From assembly GCF_006345805.1 (NCBI RefSeq), contig NC_043003.1, positions 8,556,001 through 8,620,000 on the forward strand: a DNA stretch of 64,000 nucleotides, given 5' to 3'. The notes under the pieces were generated by a model. The model was not told the origin of the DNA. It ran no database searches and was given only the letters and a program-made list of their open reading frames with translations. The stretch comes from Octopus sinensis. Its lineage: Eukaryota. The translations under genes and the position numbers were made by a program. Below are positions 39,486-53,371 of the stretch, one piece after another (position 1 is the stretch's first letter; each line of letters begins with the position of its first letter).

Positions 39486-39635
39486 CCTCTCCTTGTTTTT
39501 TCTGTGTCCCTTTCTGTAGAAGAGCGTAGGCTCGAAACGTAAAAGACTTTTTCTATTCCTGAGCGTTATACTAATACAGCTCTTTGTTTTGTACACCACT
39601 TGTCTTCGTCTTTTGTTTTTTTCGTAAACTCTCCC
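39486..39635 (+). mobile_element. Second hammerhead-like short element, embedded in (TA)n
   Basis: ctttCTGTAGA-a-GAGC-gtag-GCTC-GAAACGTA-aaag. A related copy lies on the minus strand at ~51460-51620. Confidence 0.5.
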
Positions 39636-40576
39636 TATATATATATATATATATATACATATAACAAAGTGAAGTTGTAAGGTACCGCACGAGTGGAAAT
39701 ATATATGTGAAAGAAGGTTTGAAAATGCAGTTTTAAAGATGTTTGTTCACTTGACCGGTTTCACTTATTTAGAAAAAGATTGTCAAAAGTAAAATGTAAA
39801 GTTTTGTATAAGCTTTGTTGTGTTAAGTACTGGTTGTCAGTACATCGGAGTGATACAGCTACTTCTTTCGGCAGCAGTTAGTGAGAACGCTGTATGCATT
39901 TCAGCGTTCTTATGTCTTGTCAGTGACATGTACTCGCAACCACAATATCTTGTTTGTCGACGAAGTACATGTGTGTGTGTATGTATGCGTGTGTCCGTGC
40001 GCGCACGCGTTGTGTGTATTGTGTGTGCGTGTTTTGGTGTGTGTGTGTGTGTTGTGTGTCTGTGTGTGCATGCACACTAGTGGTTAGGGTGTTGCACTCA
40101 CGATCGCGAGATGGTGTCTTCGATTCTCGGACCGGGTTGTGCGTTGTGTCCTTGAGCAAAACACTTCATTTTACATCATTCTACAAACACTTCGACATCT
40201 GGCGTGTGGTACACCATGCACCTGTACAAGCAGTATCGATTTCGACAAGCAGTATCGATTTGATGAAAGAATTTAATGAAAGGATGAAAGGAGTGTGGCC
40301 AAGCATTATCCTAATGGAAGAACACCTTTCATCTTCAAACCAAAGATGGTCGATTTTCTTCTAGTGCTTACTTAAGCCACTCTTGTAGATCTCCTTTGTT
40401 ATTGTTTTGTTTGGGTTTAAAAGTTCTAAGTGGACTAGACCTTTCATATCTCACCAAACAGATAACAACACCTTAAGTGGGTGCCGGTGTTTCCCTTTTC
40501 TTTCCCCCTGTCTTCGGCGCTTGACATTTTTATACGAGACATATTTCTCATCACCAGTCACTATTCGATCAAAAAA

Positions 40577-40876
40577 AAGGATAATGCTCGGCCACATACA
40601 GCGAAGATGACATTCCAAAGGCTGGAGCAGTTTGAATGGGAAACGATACCCTACCCATCATATTCACCGGACATTGCCCTATCTGATTATCATTTATTTT
40701 GCAGTCTTCAAATTCATTCGGACAGAAAAAATATGAATTCTGTAGATAAGATCAGAACAGTAGTGGAGGAGGCCTTTTCGTCACAGACCAGGGAATTTTA
40801 GAAGAGGGGCCTTGGAAGTCTACCAGAGAGATGGAAGAGAATTGTAGAAAATGAAGGAGAGTATATTTTAGATTAA
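40577..40876 (+). pseudogene. Mariner transposase C-terminal fragment
   Basis: DNARPHTAK..PYPSYSPDIALSDYHLF..LPERWKRIVENEGEYILD*, with one internal stop. Confidence 0.9.
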
Positions 40877-40901
40877 AAAAGAACTCTATAATCCTATACC
40901 C

Positions 40902-41006
<105 letters not shown>

Positions 41007-41015
41007 ATATATATA

Positions 41016-41064
<49 letters not shown>

Positions 41065-41707
41065 CTGTGTAAATCATAAGGGCCAAAAATTAGAATAATT
41101 TATTACCAGCGGTTTGCATGCTTAATAAAAGTCATAAGAAACATTTTTCATATATAAGAGTGTATAAAGATATATACACAAAGAGAAGGCCTATGACAGG
41201 ATTTTTTACATGCTAAAAAGTGCAGTTAAATCCAAACCATGAAAAAATAATTCTAAAGTCACACCGATAAAGCACTAGAATGAAAGGTATTATTTTTAGT
41301 TAATCCCATACTTGAGTTTCATTATCAATGAGCAAAGGAATTATTTTGTTATCCGTAGTTCATCAGTGGGATCGCTAAAACAATGCCTAATTATGTAGCT
41401 TAATATGTACCGAAGAAATATGTGTGAGCTGCATCCTTATAATATTATGGATTCAAAATCTAGTGCGCAGGTGCATTCACATAACAAACAGAAAATAATT
41501 GATTTCGAAACTGCGTACTCTAAGCCTCAGATTTTGGAAGTTTTACTGAGCAAATCATAAGGGTAAAAAATTACAATAATTTATTACCAATGTTTCGTAG
41601 GCGTAATAAAAGTCATATGACATTTTTTCATATATAAGAGTGCATAAAGAAATATACACAAAGAGAACACCCATGGCAGGACTTTTTTACCCTTATGATT
41701 TACACAG
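41065..41707. mobile_element. TA-flanked TIR element with an internally duplicated left end
   Basis: TIRs ctgtgtaaatcataaggg / cccttatgatttacacag; a second copy of the left end begins ~41546. Confidence 0.8.
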
Positions 41708-41751
41708 TAAAACTTTCTAATTTATTGATTGTATATATATCTTTATACACT

Positions 41752-41808
<57 letters not shown>

Positions 41809-42093
41809 TCTGAAGAATCTAGTGCTCTTAGTTTAGATTTTCTTGGGGCCGGCCAGATTGGAGCAGTCTCGAGTGTAACCGACCGAAATTGAAACGACGA
41901 TCTGGAACTCGACTGACGATAGAAAGCTCTGAGCCGTCCTTATTTTTTCCTGTCTTTTTTTAGATCATCCAACTGTCCAGATGTTTTGTTGTCGCCTGTT
42001 GACGTTCTTGTTTTTTCAGTATACATATAGCGGCGTACGTAACTTTTGGTCTCATATATATATCTATATATATATATATATATATATAATATA

Positions 42094-42142
<49 letters not shown>

Positions 42143-43363
42143 GTGTGTGTGTATGTATGTATATATATATATATGTATATGTATGTATATATATATACAT
42201 ATATATATATACATATATATACATATATATAAGTATAAACATACATATATACACATATATATATACATACATACATACATACATACATACATACATACAT
42301 ACTACATACATACATACATACATATATATATATACATATACACATAAACGCACACACATGCATTCATTCAGGATTTAAACTCAACAGTTTTAACTGAATA
42401 TAGCCAAAGATCTATTGAAGAACATAACGAACGGTTCTCAGGGTTTCGTGACATCTTATTGTTCATTAGCAAAAGGCTGGTCTCAAATTCATGCTCACAC
42501 TATTGCGTTATTACAAGTGATGTGAATGTAAGTCGTGTCCAATGGTTTAGGCGAAACATGTGATGTGAAACATGTTGTCCAAAATAGAAACCAACTTGAA
42601 GCCGAACGCGCTGAAATATAACGTCTGCCCAACGGCGCTCACTCCGTATACACGCGTCATTAGAATACACACAGAAATAGCATCTTTAATGACGACCCAT
42701 TTAATAAATCAATAACAGTTTTTTTTTGTGTGTGTGGGAATAACTTTTTATATTTTATTTATTAATTCTTTCATTTTGGTTTTCATGAAAATAACCGAAA
42801 TATCGATTGTTCTGTGATAATTGTTTGGCATTTTATTCTATTTAAAACATATCGTGTTTAAGTCAGTTAAATAGAATTCAGCGCTAATGCTATTTTCAAG
42901 GACAATGGAGTCGAGTTAACTATTTTAAGATATTTGATTTTCTTCTACTTCTTCATTTTTAAAATCCACACCCAAAGCTATTTACTAATTTCTTTTCGTT
43001 GTTCTAGGGTAGTTGTGAAGTCAATAACACGCAGAACATATTTAATTTTCGGTACCGTTTATCGCACACGAGAGTGGCGAATGAAATAGTATCACAGTAT
43101 CAACCTGACCATCAGATGTTGTTATTCATCACTGGTCACGATGCGCTTCCGATTTTGTCTTGATTGCGCCATTCTTTTCTTTCTTGACCCTAATTGTTTA
43201 ACTAAACCGTCTTGCAAGTTCCATAGTTGCGTATCTATACCAATTCCCGGACCGGGCTGTGTGTCGTGTTCTTGAGCAAGGCACTTTATTTCACGTTGCT
43301 CCAGTTCACTCAGCTGTAGAAATGAGATTCGACGCCACTGGTGCCAAGCTGTAACGGCCTTTT

Positions 43364-43593
43364 ATTTCTTTACTACCCACAAGGGGCTAAACACAGAGAG
43401 GACAAACAAGGACAGACAAACGGATTAAGTCGATTATATCGACCCCAGTGCGTAACTGGTACTTATTTAATCGACCCCGAAAGGATAAAAGGCAAAGTCG
43501 AACTCGGCAGAATTTGAACTCAGAATGTAGCGGCAGACGAAATACCACAAAGCATTTCGCCCGGCGTGCTAAGGCTTCTGCCAGCTCGCCGCC
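43364..43593 (-). mobile_element. SINE family B nested in a family D SINE (~43243-43765)
   Basis: 18-bp TSD aagctgtaacgg(c/t)ctttt at 43346-43363 and 43594-43611. Confidence 0.9.
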
Positions 43594-43834
43594 AAGCTGT
43601 AACGGTCTTTTCCTTTCCCTCGGATAACAGTGGTGGCCTGGAGAGGGAGGCTGGTATGCATGGCCTACTACTGGTTTTCCATAAACAACCTTGCCCAGAC
43701 TTGTGCCTTGGAAGGGAACTTTCTACGTGCCATCCCATGGTCATTTATGACCAAAGAGGATCTTTATCTGTGTTCTCGAGCCCATTAGGCAGCAAGTTAA
43801 TGCCACTGGCTTCTGTTGGCTGGGGGGGGGGGGT

Positions 43835-44165
43835 TCCTGCGTCCAGGCATGTGATATTAGCCTCTATGATGTCTGTTATTAATGCTCCGTGCCATGCTGA
43901 TTTCGGTCTTTCTCTACTCCCTGCGCCCCCCGAAGTGTCCATTTAAAAGCTGCTGTAGGATGGGCGTTGTGCTGGTACCCGGCATATGTAACATGCTATA
44001 GTTCTAATCTTTGTTCTGTGATGATTTCGCTAAGTGGTTGGTGCTGGCTCTCTAGAACGTCTTTATTTGATTACGTGGTTTTTGCCAATGCGTTCTCAGA
44101 ATCTTTGACAAGTGCCTTTAGCGGAACACATCTAGCTTTCTGTCTATTTTCACGGTGCTCTTACA
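43835..44165 (-). mobile_element. RTE-clade LINE C-terminal fragment, decayed
   Basis: IDRKLDVFR*RHLSKILRTHW..SNKDVL..PLSEIITEQRL..RERPKSAW. Confidence 0.65.
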
Positions 44166-44712
44166 TGTCTCCTATTTCTTTACTACCCACAAGGGGCTAA
44201 ACACAGAGAGGACAAACAAGGACAGACAAACGGATTAAGTCGATTATATAGACCCCAGTGCGTAACTGGTACTTAATTTATCGAACCCGAAAGGATGAAA
44301 GGCAAAGTCGACCTCGGTGGAATTTGAACTCAGAACATAAAGGCAGACGAAATACGGCTACGCATTTCGCCCGGCATGCTAACGTTTCTGCCAACTCGCC
44401 TAGCAGAGACAACTGTTGATGGAACTATGCTCTTATAGAGCCGGATCTCTATGTGTAACTCGGAGAACCAGATAGCGCACATTCTGTGGAATACGGCCGT
44501 GGTTTTGCTAATTCTATGACAGTTGCATATACCAGAATTTTAATGTGATCGATATAATCGATTCAAGCCTTTCAAGTCGGTGGTCTAGTATGGTTGCAGC
44601 CCAATGATTGATTTTAATTAGTAAAGCATAAAACAATAAAACAATATACAAATGGACACACGGGTCGACATGGGCATACGAAAATGTGCGACAACCTCTT
44701 TGTTTATCTATA

Positions 44713-45418
44713 CAAGTGGTCCTTAACCGCATTCCAGATGATCCCTTGGGGTCCTTACAAAGTAGATTTGAGGGTTCATGTTAGCAAAATGGTAAATTGT
44801 GGATCCACAATAGTAATAAAGGGTTCATGTAAAATTTGGATTTAAATATATGTATTGCAAGAAGCAGCTTGATTTCTTTCTCTAATATTTTACATGGTCC
44901 AATCTACGCAAGTTAACGTGTGAATGTAGAGGCGCAATGGCCCAGTGGTTAGAGTAGGATCGCAGTTTCGATTGCCAGGCCGGGCGTTGTAAGTGTTTAT
45001 TGAGCGAAAACGCCTAAAGCTCCACGAGGCTCCGGCAGGGGGTGGTGGCGAACCCTACTGTACTTTTTCATCACAACTTTCTCTCACTCTTTCTTCCTGT
45101 TTCTGTTGTACCTGTATTTCAAAGGGCCAGCCTTGTCACACATTGTGTCACGCTGAATCTCCCCGAGAACTACGTTAAGGGTACATGTGTCTGTGGAGTA
45201 CTCAACCACTTGCACGTTAATTTCACGAGCAGGCTGTTCTGTTGATCGGATCAATTGAACCCTCGTCGTCGTAACCGGCGGAATGCCACGAATGTAGGAA
45301 TAACAGAATGGGAATTTTAGAAGTATCTATAACACTTGTTTTTAAACATCGAATGTTTATAGGGGTCCACCAGAATAAAGGAATAATCAAAGGGGTCCAT
45401 AATGGTTGAGAAACACTG
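44713..45418. mobile_element. hAT (Charlie-like) MITE with a nested family C SINE
   Basis: Ends caagtggtccttaacc / ggttgagaaacactg, with repeated ggggtcc motifs. Confidence 0.7.
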
Positions 45419-45910
45419 GTGCATACTTTCATGTGTATGCGTATGTGTGTATATTTGTGTGTGTATTTGCGTGTATGTGTGTATGTGTGTGTGTGTGTGT
45501 GTATGTGCTTGAGTGTATGTTTGTGTGTGTGAAGATTTGTGTTTGATCTCTAATTTGTAACATAAAGACCATTTTCATTAAATACACAATTTAGAAACTA
45601 ATTAGAAAAAAATGCTGTCATTAAAACATATCTGTCTTATACACAAGAAAGGTTTTAATTGGTTGATAAAAGAGTTTTGCAAATTAGTTCATAAATATTA
45701 CGTCCATCATTGGTATGACTTTAACGCTATCACAACATGGATATAATGAGCAATCAGACTTAAAATACATACTTACATACAGTCAGACAGACAAACGCAT
45801 ACACAAGTATAAATGCTCTCATATCTATACAGCCTTCGCAATATTACCGCTTCTGGAACTTAACTTTGGCCTCTCTATAGCACTTGGGTCTCAATGACAC
45901 CATTATCTCT

Positions 45911-45957
<47 letters not shown>

Positions 45958-45958
45958 A

Positions 45959-46001
<43 letters not shown>

Positions 46002-46236
46002 CAAATGGTATAATTATAAAGAGGGCAAATTTTAGCCATTTCTCAGATGAACAACCTCAATCGATTTTCGAACCTTATTGGGATCTCATCAGAGGCGTCC
46101 ACATCATTCTGAGAAACAAGCAAACAAACTGTTTATATACTCAACAAATGCAGCAGTTACTCTATGAAGGAGTCCCTAGTTTGCATACCGAAATTGTTTA
46201 ACACTATGCATGCATGTATGTATGTATGTATGTATG

Positions 46237-46306
<70 letters not shown>

Positions 46307-46748
46307 GTACGTATGTATTTGTATACCTACTTATGTATATATACGTGTGGGTGCTGAAAAGCTCTTGACTTTAAGGGTAGCGTGAAAGATCTGGCTGGAA
46401 GCCAAACCTTCCGAGTTCTTTTACAAGGCTTAGAATAACTGAAGGACCGCTGCAATAACTGCAGGAATCTGAGATGAGGAATACGTTGAATAAAATAACT
46501 GATCCTCCTGTATTTTGCTGTCTGCCTTCCTGCCTTCCTGCTTGCCTGCCTGCAAGTCTATGTATGTATGTATGTATGTATGTATGTATGTATGTATGTA
46601 TGTATGTATGTATGTATGTATGCATGCATGCATGTATGTATGTATGTATGTATGTATGTATGTATGTGTGCATGTATGTACGTATTTATGTATGTATGTA
46701 CGTATGTATGTATGTATGTATGTATGTATGTATGTATGTATGTATCTT

Positions 46749-46833
<85 letters not shown>

Positions 46834-47066
46834 ATCTTCGTGTGTGTGTGTGTGTTGTGTGTTGATTGATTGATTGACAACTAATTACTTCGCAAGTGTG
46901 CAAGTACTTGGGAATCCATCGTGACTTTCAGTGAAATGTTACGCACGCGTACAGCAACCAATTAGACCTTCGCTCATATACGTTACATAATCCTCTCGGC
47001 TTATCATTGTAAAGACTTCTATGCACAAATTGTGGTCTGCTTTGTTCTTTGGCTGAACGCAAACAA

Positions 47067-47097
<31 letters not shown>

Positions 47098-48280
47098 TCT
47101 CCCTCTCTTCGTGTATATGTATGTATTATTGCATGTGTGTGTGTGTGTGTGTATTTGTTAGAGTGTGTGTATGTGTAATTTTGTTTATGTTTATTCAAAG
47201 ATCAAAGCAGACTGCAAACTATGCAAAGAATCCAAACTGTTAAAAGGGAGTTGATTATATAATCTATATTAGTTGAAGGCTAATTACTTCACGTGTATAT
47301 ACACGCTTCACTCTCCATTACCACCCCTCACTCTTACTCTCTCTCTCTCTCTCTCTCTCGCACACTCACATACCTCCTTCCCTAACTAGCCAATTTGCAT
47401 ACACACATACGTACGTACATACATGTATACATACATCAGGAGCACTCCGTGGGTTACGACTACGAGGGTCCCAGCTGTTACGATCAACGGAACAGCTTGC
47501 TCGTGAAATTAACCTGCAAGTGGCTGGGCATTCCGCAGAGACGTGTACCCATAACGTAGTTTTCAGGGAGATTCAGCGTGACACAGAGTGTGACAAGGCT
47601 GGCCCCTTTGAAATACAGGTATAACTCATTTTTGCCAGGTGAGTGGACTGGAGCAACGTGAAATAAAGTGTCTTTCTCAAGGACACAACGCGTCGCCGGG
47701 AATCGAACTCACAACCTTACAATCGTGAGCCGAATGCTGTAACCACTAAGCCACGCCGCCTTCAGACACACATACAATAATACATCACTTTACAAGGACT
47801 TGCTTGACGAGATCCCAGGTCTACGAGCCGTCGTTGGGAATTGAACTCACGGCCTTACGATCGTGAACCGAATGCCCTAACCACTAAGCCACGCGCCTTC
47901 ATACATACATACATACATACATACATACAGACAATAATTTTTGAAGAGGAGGCCAGTCGAGTAGATCGACCCCAGTATGCAAGTGGTACTTAATTTATCG
48001 ACTCTAAAAGAATGAAAGGCAAAGTCGACCTCGGTGGGATTTGAACTCAGAACATAAAGACAGACGAAATACTGCTAAGCATTTTGCCCGGCGTACTAGC
48101 GTTTCTACCAGCTCGCCGCCTTTTCCAAGCTTATTATTAGCGATGCAAAGGTTGGTAATTGCGAGCGGACGACCGATATAATGCAGGTTACTTTCAGGAT
48201 CCGATATGCTAGAAACAGCAGCCAAATGCCCTTCAATCAGTCATCATTAGAATAGAATGGCGATATACATTGTATAAGGC

Positions 48281-49380
48281 ACATTATTTACATTTAGTGG
48301 ATATTTGTCCTCATCTTGTTTGTTGTTAATACAACGTTTCAGCTGATATACCCTCCAGCCTTCATCAGGTGTCTTGGGGAACCCAGATTCGAAATTTCCC
48401 CAAGACACCCGATGAAGGCTGGAAGGGTATATCAGCCGAAACGTTGTGTTAACAAAAAACAAGATAAGGACAAATATCCGTCAAATATAAATAATGTAAA
48501 TAGTAATAATAATCCTTAGGAATGAGAACCCAGGTTCGAAATTTCCCCAAGACACCTGATGAAGGCTGGAAGGGTATATCGGCCGAAACGTTGTGTTAAC
48601 AAAAAACAAGATGAGGACAAATATCCGTCAAATGTAAATAATGTAAATAGTAATAATAATCCTTAGGAATGAGAACCCAGGTTCGAAATTTCCCCAAGAC
48701 ACTTGATGAAGGCTGGAAGGGTATATCGGCCGAAACGTTGTGTTAACAACAAACAAGATTAGGACAAATATCCGTCAAATATAAATAATGTAAATAGTAA
48801 TAATAATCCTTAGGAATGAGAACCCAGGTTTGAAATTTCCCCAAGACACTTGATGAAGGCTGGAAGGGTATATCGGCCGAAACGTTGTGTTAACAAAAAA
48901 CAAGATGAGGACAAATATCCGTCAAATATAAATAATGTAAATAGTAATAATAATCCTTAGGAATGAGAACCCAGGTTTGAAATTTCCCCAAGACACCTGA
49001 TGAAGGCTGGAAGGGTATATCGGCCGAAACGTTGTGTTAACAAAAAACAAGATGAGGACAAATATCCGTCAAATATAAATAATGTAAATAGTAATAATAA
49101 TCCTTAGGAATGAGAACCCAGGTTTGAAATTTCCCCAAGACACCTGATGAAGGCTGGAAGGGTATATCGGCCGAAACGTTGTGTTAACAAAAAACAAGAT
49201 TAGGACAAATATCCGTCAAATATAAATAATGTAAATAGTAATAATAATCCTTAGGAATGAGAACCCAGGTTCGAAATTTCCCCAAGACACCTGATGAAGG
49301 CTGGAAGGGTATATCGGCCGAAACGTTGTGTTAACAACAAACAAGATGAGGACAAATATCCGTCAAATGTAAATAATGTA
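48281..49380. repeat. Array of 147-bp hammerhead units (seven plus-strand motifs) preceded by an inverted partial unit
   Basis: ccttagg unit starts at 48514, 48661, 48808, 48955, 49102 and 49249 (period exactly 147). Partial first unit from ~48378; inverted unit at 48281-48380. Confidence 0.95.
48551..48597 (+). ncRNA. Minimal type I hammerhead ribozyme motif (representative intact copy; also at cores 48997, 49144, 49291)
   Basis: Stem I GACAC/GTGTT, core CTGATGA, stem II GGCTG/CGGCC, then GAAA followed by the loopless palindromic stem III ACGT and triplet GUU. Confidence 0.75.
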
Positions 49381-49871
49381 TATTCTATTCTGTTCAAGGC
49401 GACCCCCATGTTCAAAAGTAGTCTCAAGTTTTCAGCAAGCTACATTCCTTGTAGCATTACATTGCAGATTTTATTATCGCTACTTATTTGTTTTGTTTTT
49501 TTCTGCCTTCGGAGCTCATTTGTGTTTGACAACAGAAAAAACTATAAGTTTAGGAAATCGTTTAGCGCGACATTATTGATGGAAAGTTGGTGTTTAGCAA
49601 ATCACGTATCAAAGGAAAGACCATATTTGCTAGCGAACGCAGTTTAAACAAGCATCTTGGAATTTAATTTCCGCTAATATTAATTAACGCCACCTGATAA
49701 ACCATTTTCTTTGATTGATGTCTCGCATCAGCATCGTCATCAGCTTCTGTACCTAGACTTCCACTAGAATTATGGATTTACTCTTTCGTTCTTAGGACTC
49801 CGATTTTTTAAATTTTGCTTTTGGTATGACGAGAGGGAGGGAGAAAAAAGAAATATGCTGTTGGTATCATA

Positions 49872-50099
49872 GCGGCGAGCTGGCAGAAACGTTAGCACGC
49901 CGGGCGTAACGCTTAGCGGTATTTCGTCTGTCGCTACGTTCTGAGTTCAAATTCCGCCATGGCCGACTTTGCCTTTCATCCTTTCGGGGTCGATAAATTA
50001 AGTAGCAGTTACGCACTGGGGTCGATATAATCGACTCAATCCGTTTGTCTGTCCTTGTTTGTCCTCTCTGTGTTTATCCCTTTGTGGGTAATAAAGAAA
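49872..50099 (+). mobile_element. SINE family B
   Basis: Full head to tail, flanked by duplicated ggtatcata. Further copies at ~44173-44400 and ~47945-48120 (minus), and degraded copies at ~30720-31330. Confidence 0.9.
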
Positions 50100-50331
50100 T
50101 TGGGTATCATAGTGGGAAAGAGAGGGAGAACAATGGGAATGTAAGGGTGAAATAAGGAGTCGTTAATGTATGGGACATAGCAAGAATGGGATAGGGTAAA
50201 GAGAAAGTGAGCGATAAATAGAGTGAGAGTGAAGGGGAAATAGTGAAAGAGTAACAAATAAAGTGAAAGATTTTGATAATTGTAAAGGAGAGAGAACGAA
50301 AGAAAGAGAGGGACAGAGAGAGAGAGAGAGA

Positions 50332-50370
<39 letters not shown>

Positions 50371-50479
50371 GATTTAAAAACAAATGATTTAGTATTGTGG
50401 GGGTGACGATGATGGTGACAGTGGAGCAAGCAAGAAACTTACATGGAAAACGAAGGGGATGAGTGGACGAACAGACATA

Positions 50480-50990
50480 CCGTAAATCCTCGAGTATAGT
50501 CCGCCCTTGAGTATAATACGCAGGAGATTTTTAGGGGACTGTACCTCTGAAAAACCTAAACCTTGTGTATAATACGCACCCCTTCTCTAACTTGAGTCAA
50601 GGAGGTCTATATAACGTCCTTGGTTTGTAAAAATGTATACAGTAACGTCCTTTATTATTATTGTATATATAACATAATGCAAACGTTTAGCTTTTTTGTG
50701 CATTTTGTTTGCAGAAAATAAAGAAATAACAGTAATAACGTTTAATAAATGTTGCTTACTGCAAGTTATGGATGATTCTTTTATGACTTCATTGCTTTCA
50801 GGCTTAGCTTAAGGTATTTTCGCGCCCGACATCACAAAATGCGTCTGAATAAACATTGTCGGACAGCAAATAGAGACTCGGACATTGCTTAGAAAATAAT
50901 TTTCATTTTTAACCTCGTATATAGTATGCACTAGGGATTTTGACCTTTAATTTTTGGGGGAAAATGCGGATTATACTCGAGGATTTACGG
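50480..50990. mobile_element. pogo/Tc-mariner-type MITE
   Basis: TA TSD; TIRs ccgtaaatcctcgagtatagtccgc / gcggattatactcgaggatttacgg. Confidence 0.9.
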
Positions 50991-51914
50991 TACACATAAA
51001 ATGTTTCAAATAAGACTAAATATAATATAATCCTTTTTACTATAGGTATAAGGTCTGAAATTTGGGGAAGAGAGGGCTCCAAGGTTTGACTTCTACTTAT
51101 TTTCACGACCCCAAAAGGGATGAATGGCAAAGCCGACCTCGGCAGAATCGGTAGTTAGAACGTAAAGACGGACGAAATGCCGCAAAGGATTTTGTGCGAC
51201 GCGCTAACGACTCCGTGATAAAGAAAGGTTGCTTCTCAACCACATTGTTCCGTGTTCAGTCCCACTGGGTAAATATCGTCTGCGATAGCCTTGGGCCGAA
51301 TAAAGCCTTGTGAGTGGATTTGGTACACGGTATCTGAAAGAGGCTCTCGTGTATATATGTATATATATTCCTTTATTCCTTTGCTTGTTTCAGTCATTTG
51401 ACTGTGGACATATATACATACATACATACATACATACATACATACATACATACATACATAGGGAAGAATTCACCCCCCCCAAAACAAACAAACAAAAGAC
51501 GAAGAAGACAGGTGGTGTAGATAACGAATAGATGTATTAGTTTAACGCTCGGGAAGTGAAAAAGTCTTTAACGTTTCGAGCCTACGCTCTTCCACAGAAA
51601 GAAACAGGGAGAGAAAATAAAGAATGTATAGTGCCTAGCGATCAGTTTCCGCCTACCAAATCCACTTACAAGGCTTTAGTCGGCCCGAGGTCACAGTAGA
51701 CGACACTTGCTCAAGGTGTCACGCAGTGGGACTGAACCCAGGACCATGTGGTTGGTAAGCAAGCTACCTATATATATATAGGAGCAGGAGTGGCAGTGTG
51801 GTAGGTAGCTTGCTTACCAACCACATGATTCTGGGTTCAGTCCGACTGCGTGACACTTTGAGCCAGTGTCTTCTACTATAGCTTCAGGCCAACCAAAGCC
51901 TTGTATTTGTATGA

Positions 51915-51947
<33 letters not shown>

Positions 51948-52226
51948 TGTATGTATGTATGTATGTATGTATATATATATATATATATTATATATATATA
52001 TATATATATATTTCAACAATTGAGGGTAAAATTAATTAATTATTAATCAATTTCACCAAGTATTCAGTATGCAAAGGGACCATTTAAGGCGAATTCAAAT
52101 TATACATTATATAAAAGGGCTTAGTAAAATAAATTACTTTGCCACATACTGAACTCATTAGAAATAGCAGCTAAAAAAATCTCTCTAAAACTATTCTAAT
52201 ACTTAAAGAAAATCTCTCTTTTTATA

Positions 52227-52274
<48 letters not shown>

Positions 52275-52433
52275 GTGTTCCAACGGCTGCTCCTGAACCA
52301 GTTGTTGAGTGTCCCACCCAAGAGGAATCGATGCTAGGTGTGTTGAATTAATGTCGTGATTAATAATAAATTCTCGTATATTCCATCTTCTGTCTTTCAT
52401 TTGCTACATACATACATATATATATATATATAC

Positions 52434-52485
<52 letters not shown>

Positions 52486-52496
52486 ATATATATATA

Positions 52497-52541
<45 letters not shown>

Positions 52542-52861
52542 CACACACACACACGTAGAAAGTGAGAGAAAAGATGAAAATTAAAAAAACAGTAAACTGT
52601 CTAGAGAGATACAAATACACGGTTATATATATTGTAAGCGCGTATTTGCGCGGACGCCTACATACGCACACACATGCCTCTCTCTTTCCCCACCCTTTCT
52701 TCCTACGCCCCTTTCCCCCCTCTCACTCTATGAATATATATATGTGTGTTTGTGTTTGTGTGTATATATTTATATATATATGGGTCTGTATATATTTATA
52801 TATATATGGGTCTGTATGTATGAACCCATACATGTTTGCGTATATGTTAACATGTACTTAC

Positions 52862-52893
<32 letters not shown>

Positions 52894-53325
52894 ACTTATA
52901 TATATGTATGGATGTATTATATATGTATATATATATATACATACAAACATACATACATCTGTGACGTTGTGTACACAGAGAGATAGAAAAAGGGGGAATT
53001 AATGACGATATAAAAACACATTAATATACAGACGTAAACGTATAATGGTTATTTTAGAATTAGCTTGAAATTAACATTGACCGTATTTAGCTGATTTCCT
53101 TTGTTACATTGTTTTCATTGAGTAATTCCATTGAATGAAACTTAAGTCTCGTGATAAGAGAAGAAAAGGGCGGAAAGCAATAAGGAATAAATAAGGAGGG
53201 GGGGGAATGAAATGATAGCTTGCTTGACGTAACAAAATAGGGGGAAGAATGAGTAGATGGAACGCTGACGTGAAAAGCAAGAAAAATAGAGAAAGAAAGA
53301 AAGAAAGATAGATAGATTTAGAAAG

Positions 53326-53371
<46 letters not shown>

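Noticed and set aside
48514-49380. CRISPR-like regular repeat array
   Set aside because: Units are contiguous near-identical 147-mers with no unique spacers, no cas genes, and a eukaryotic context.
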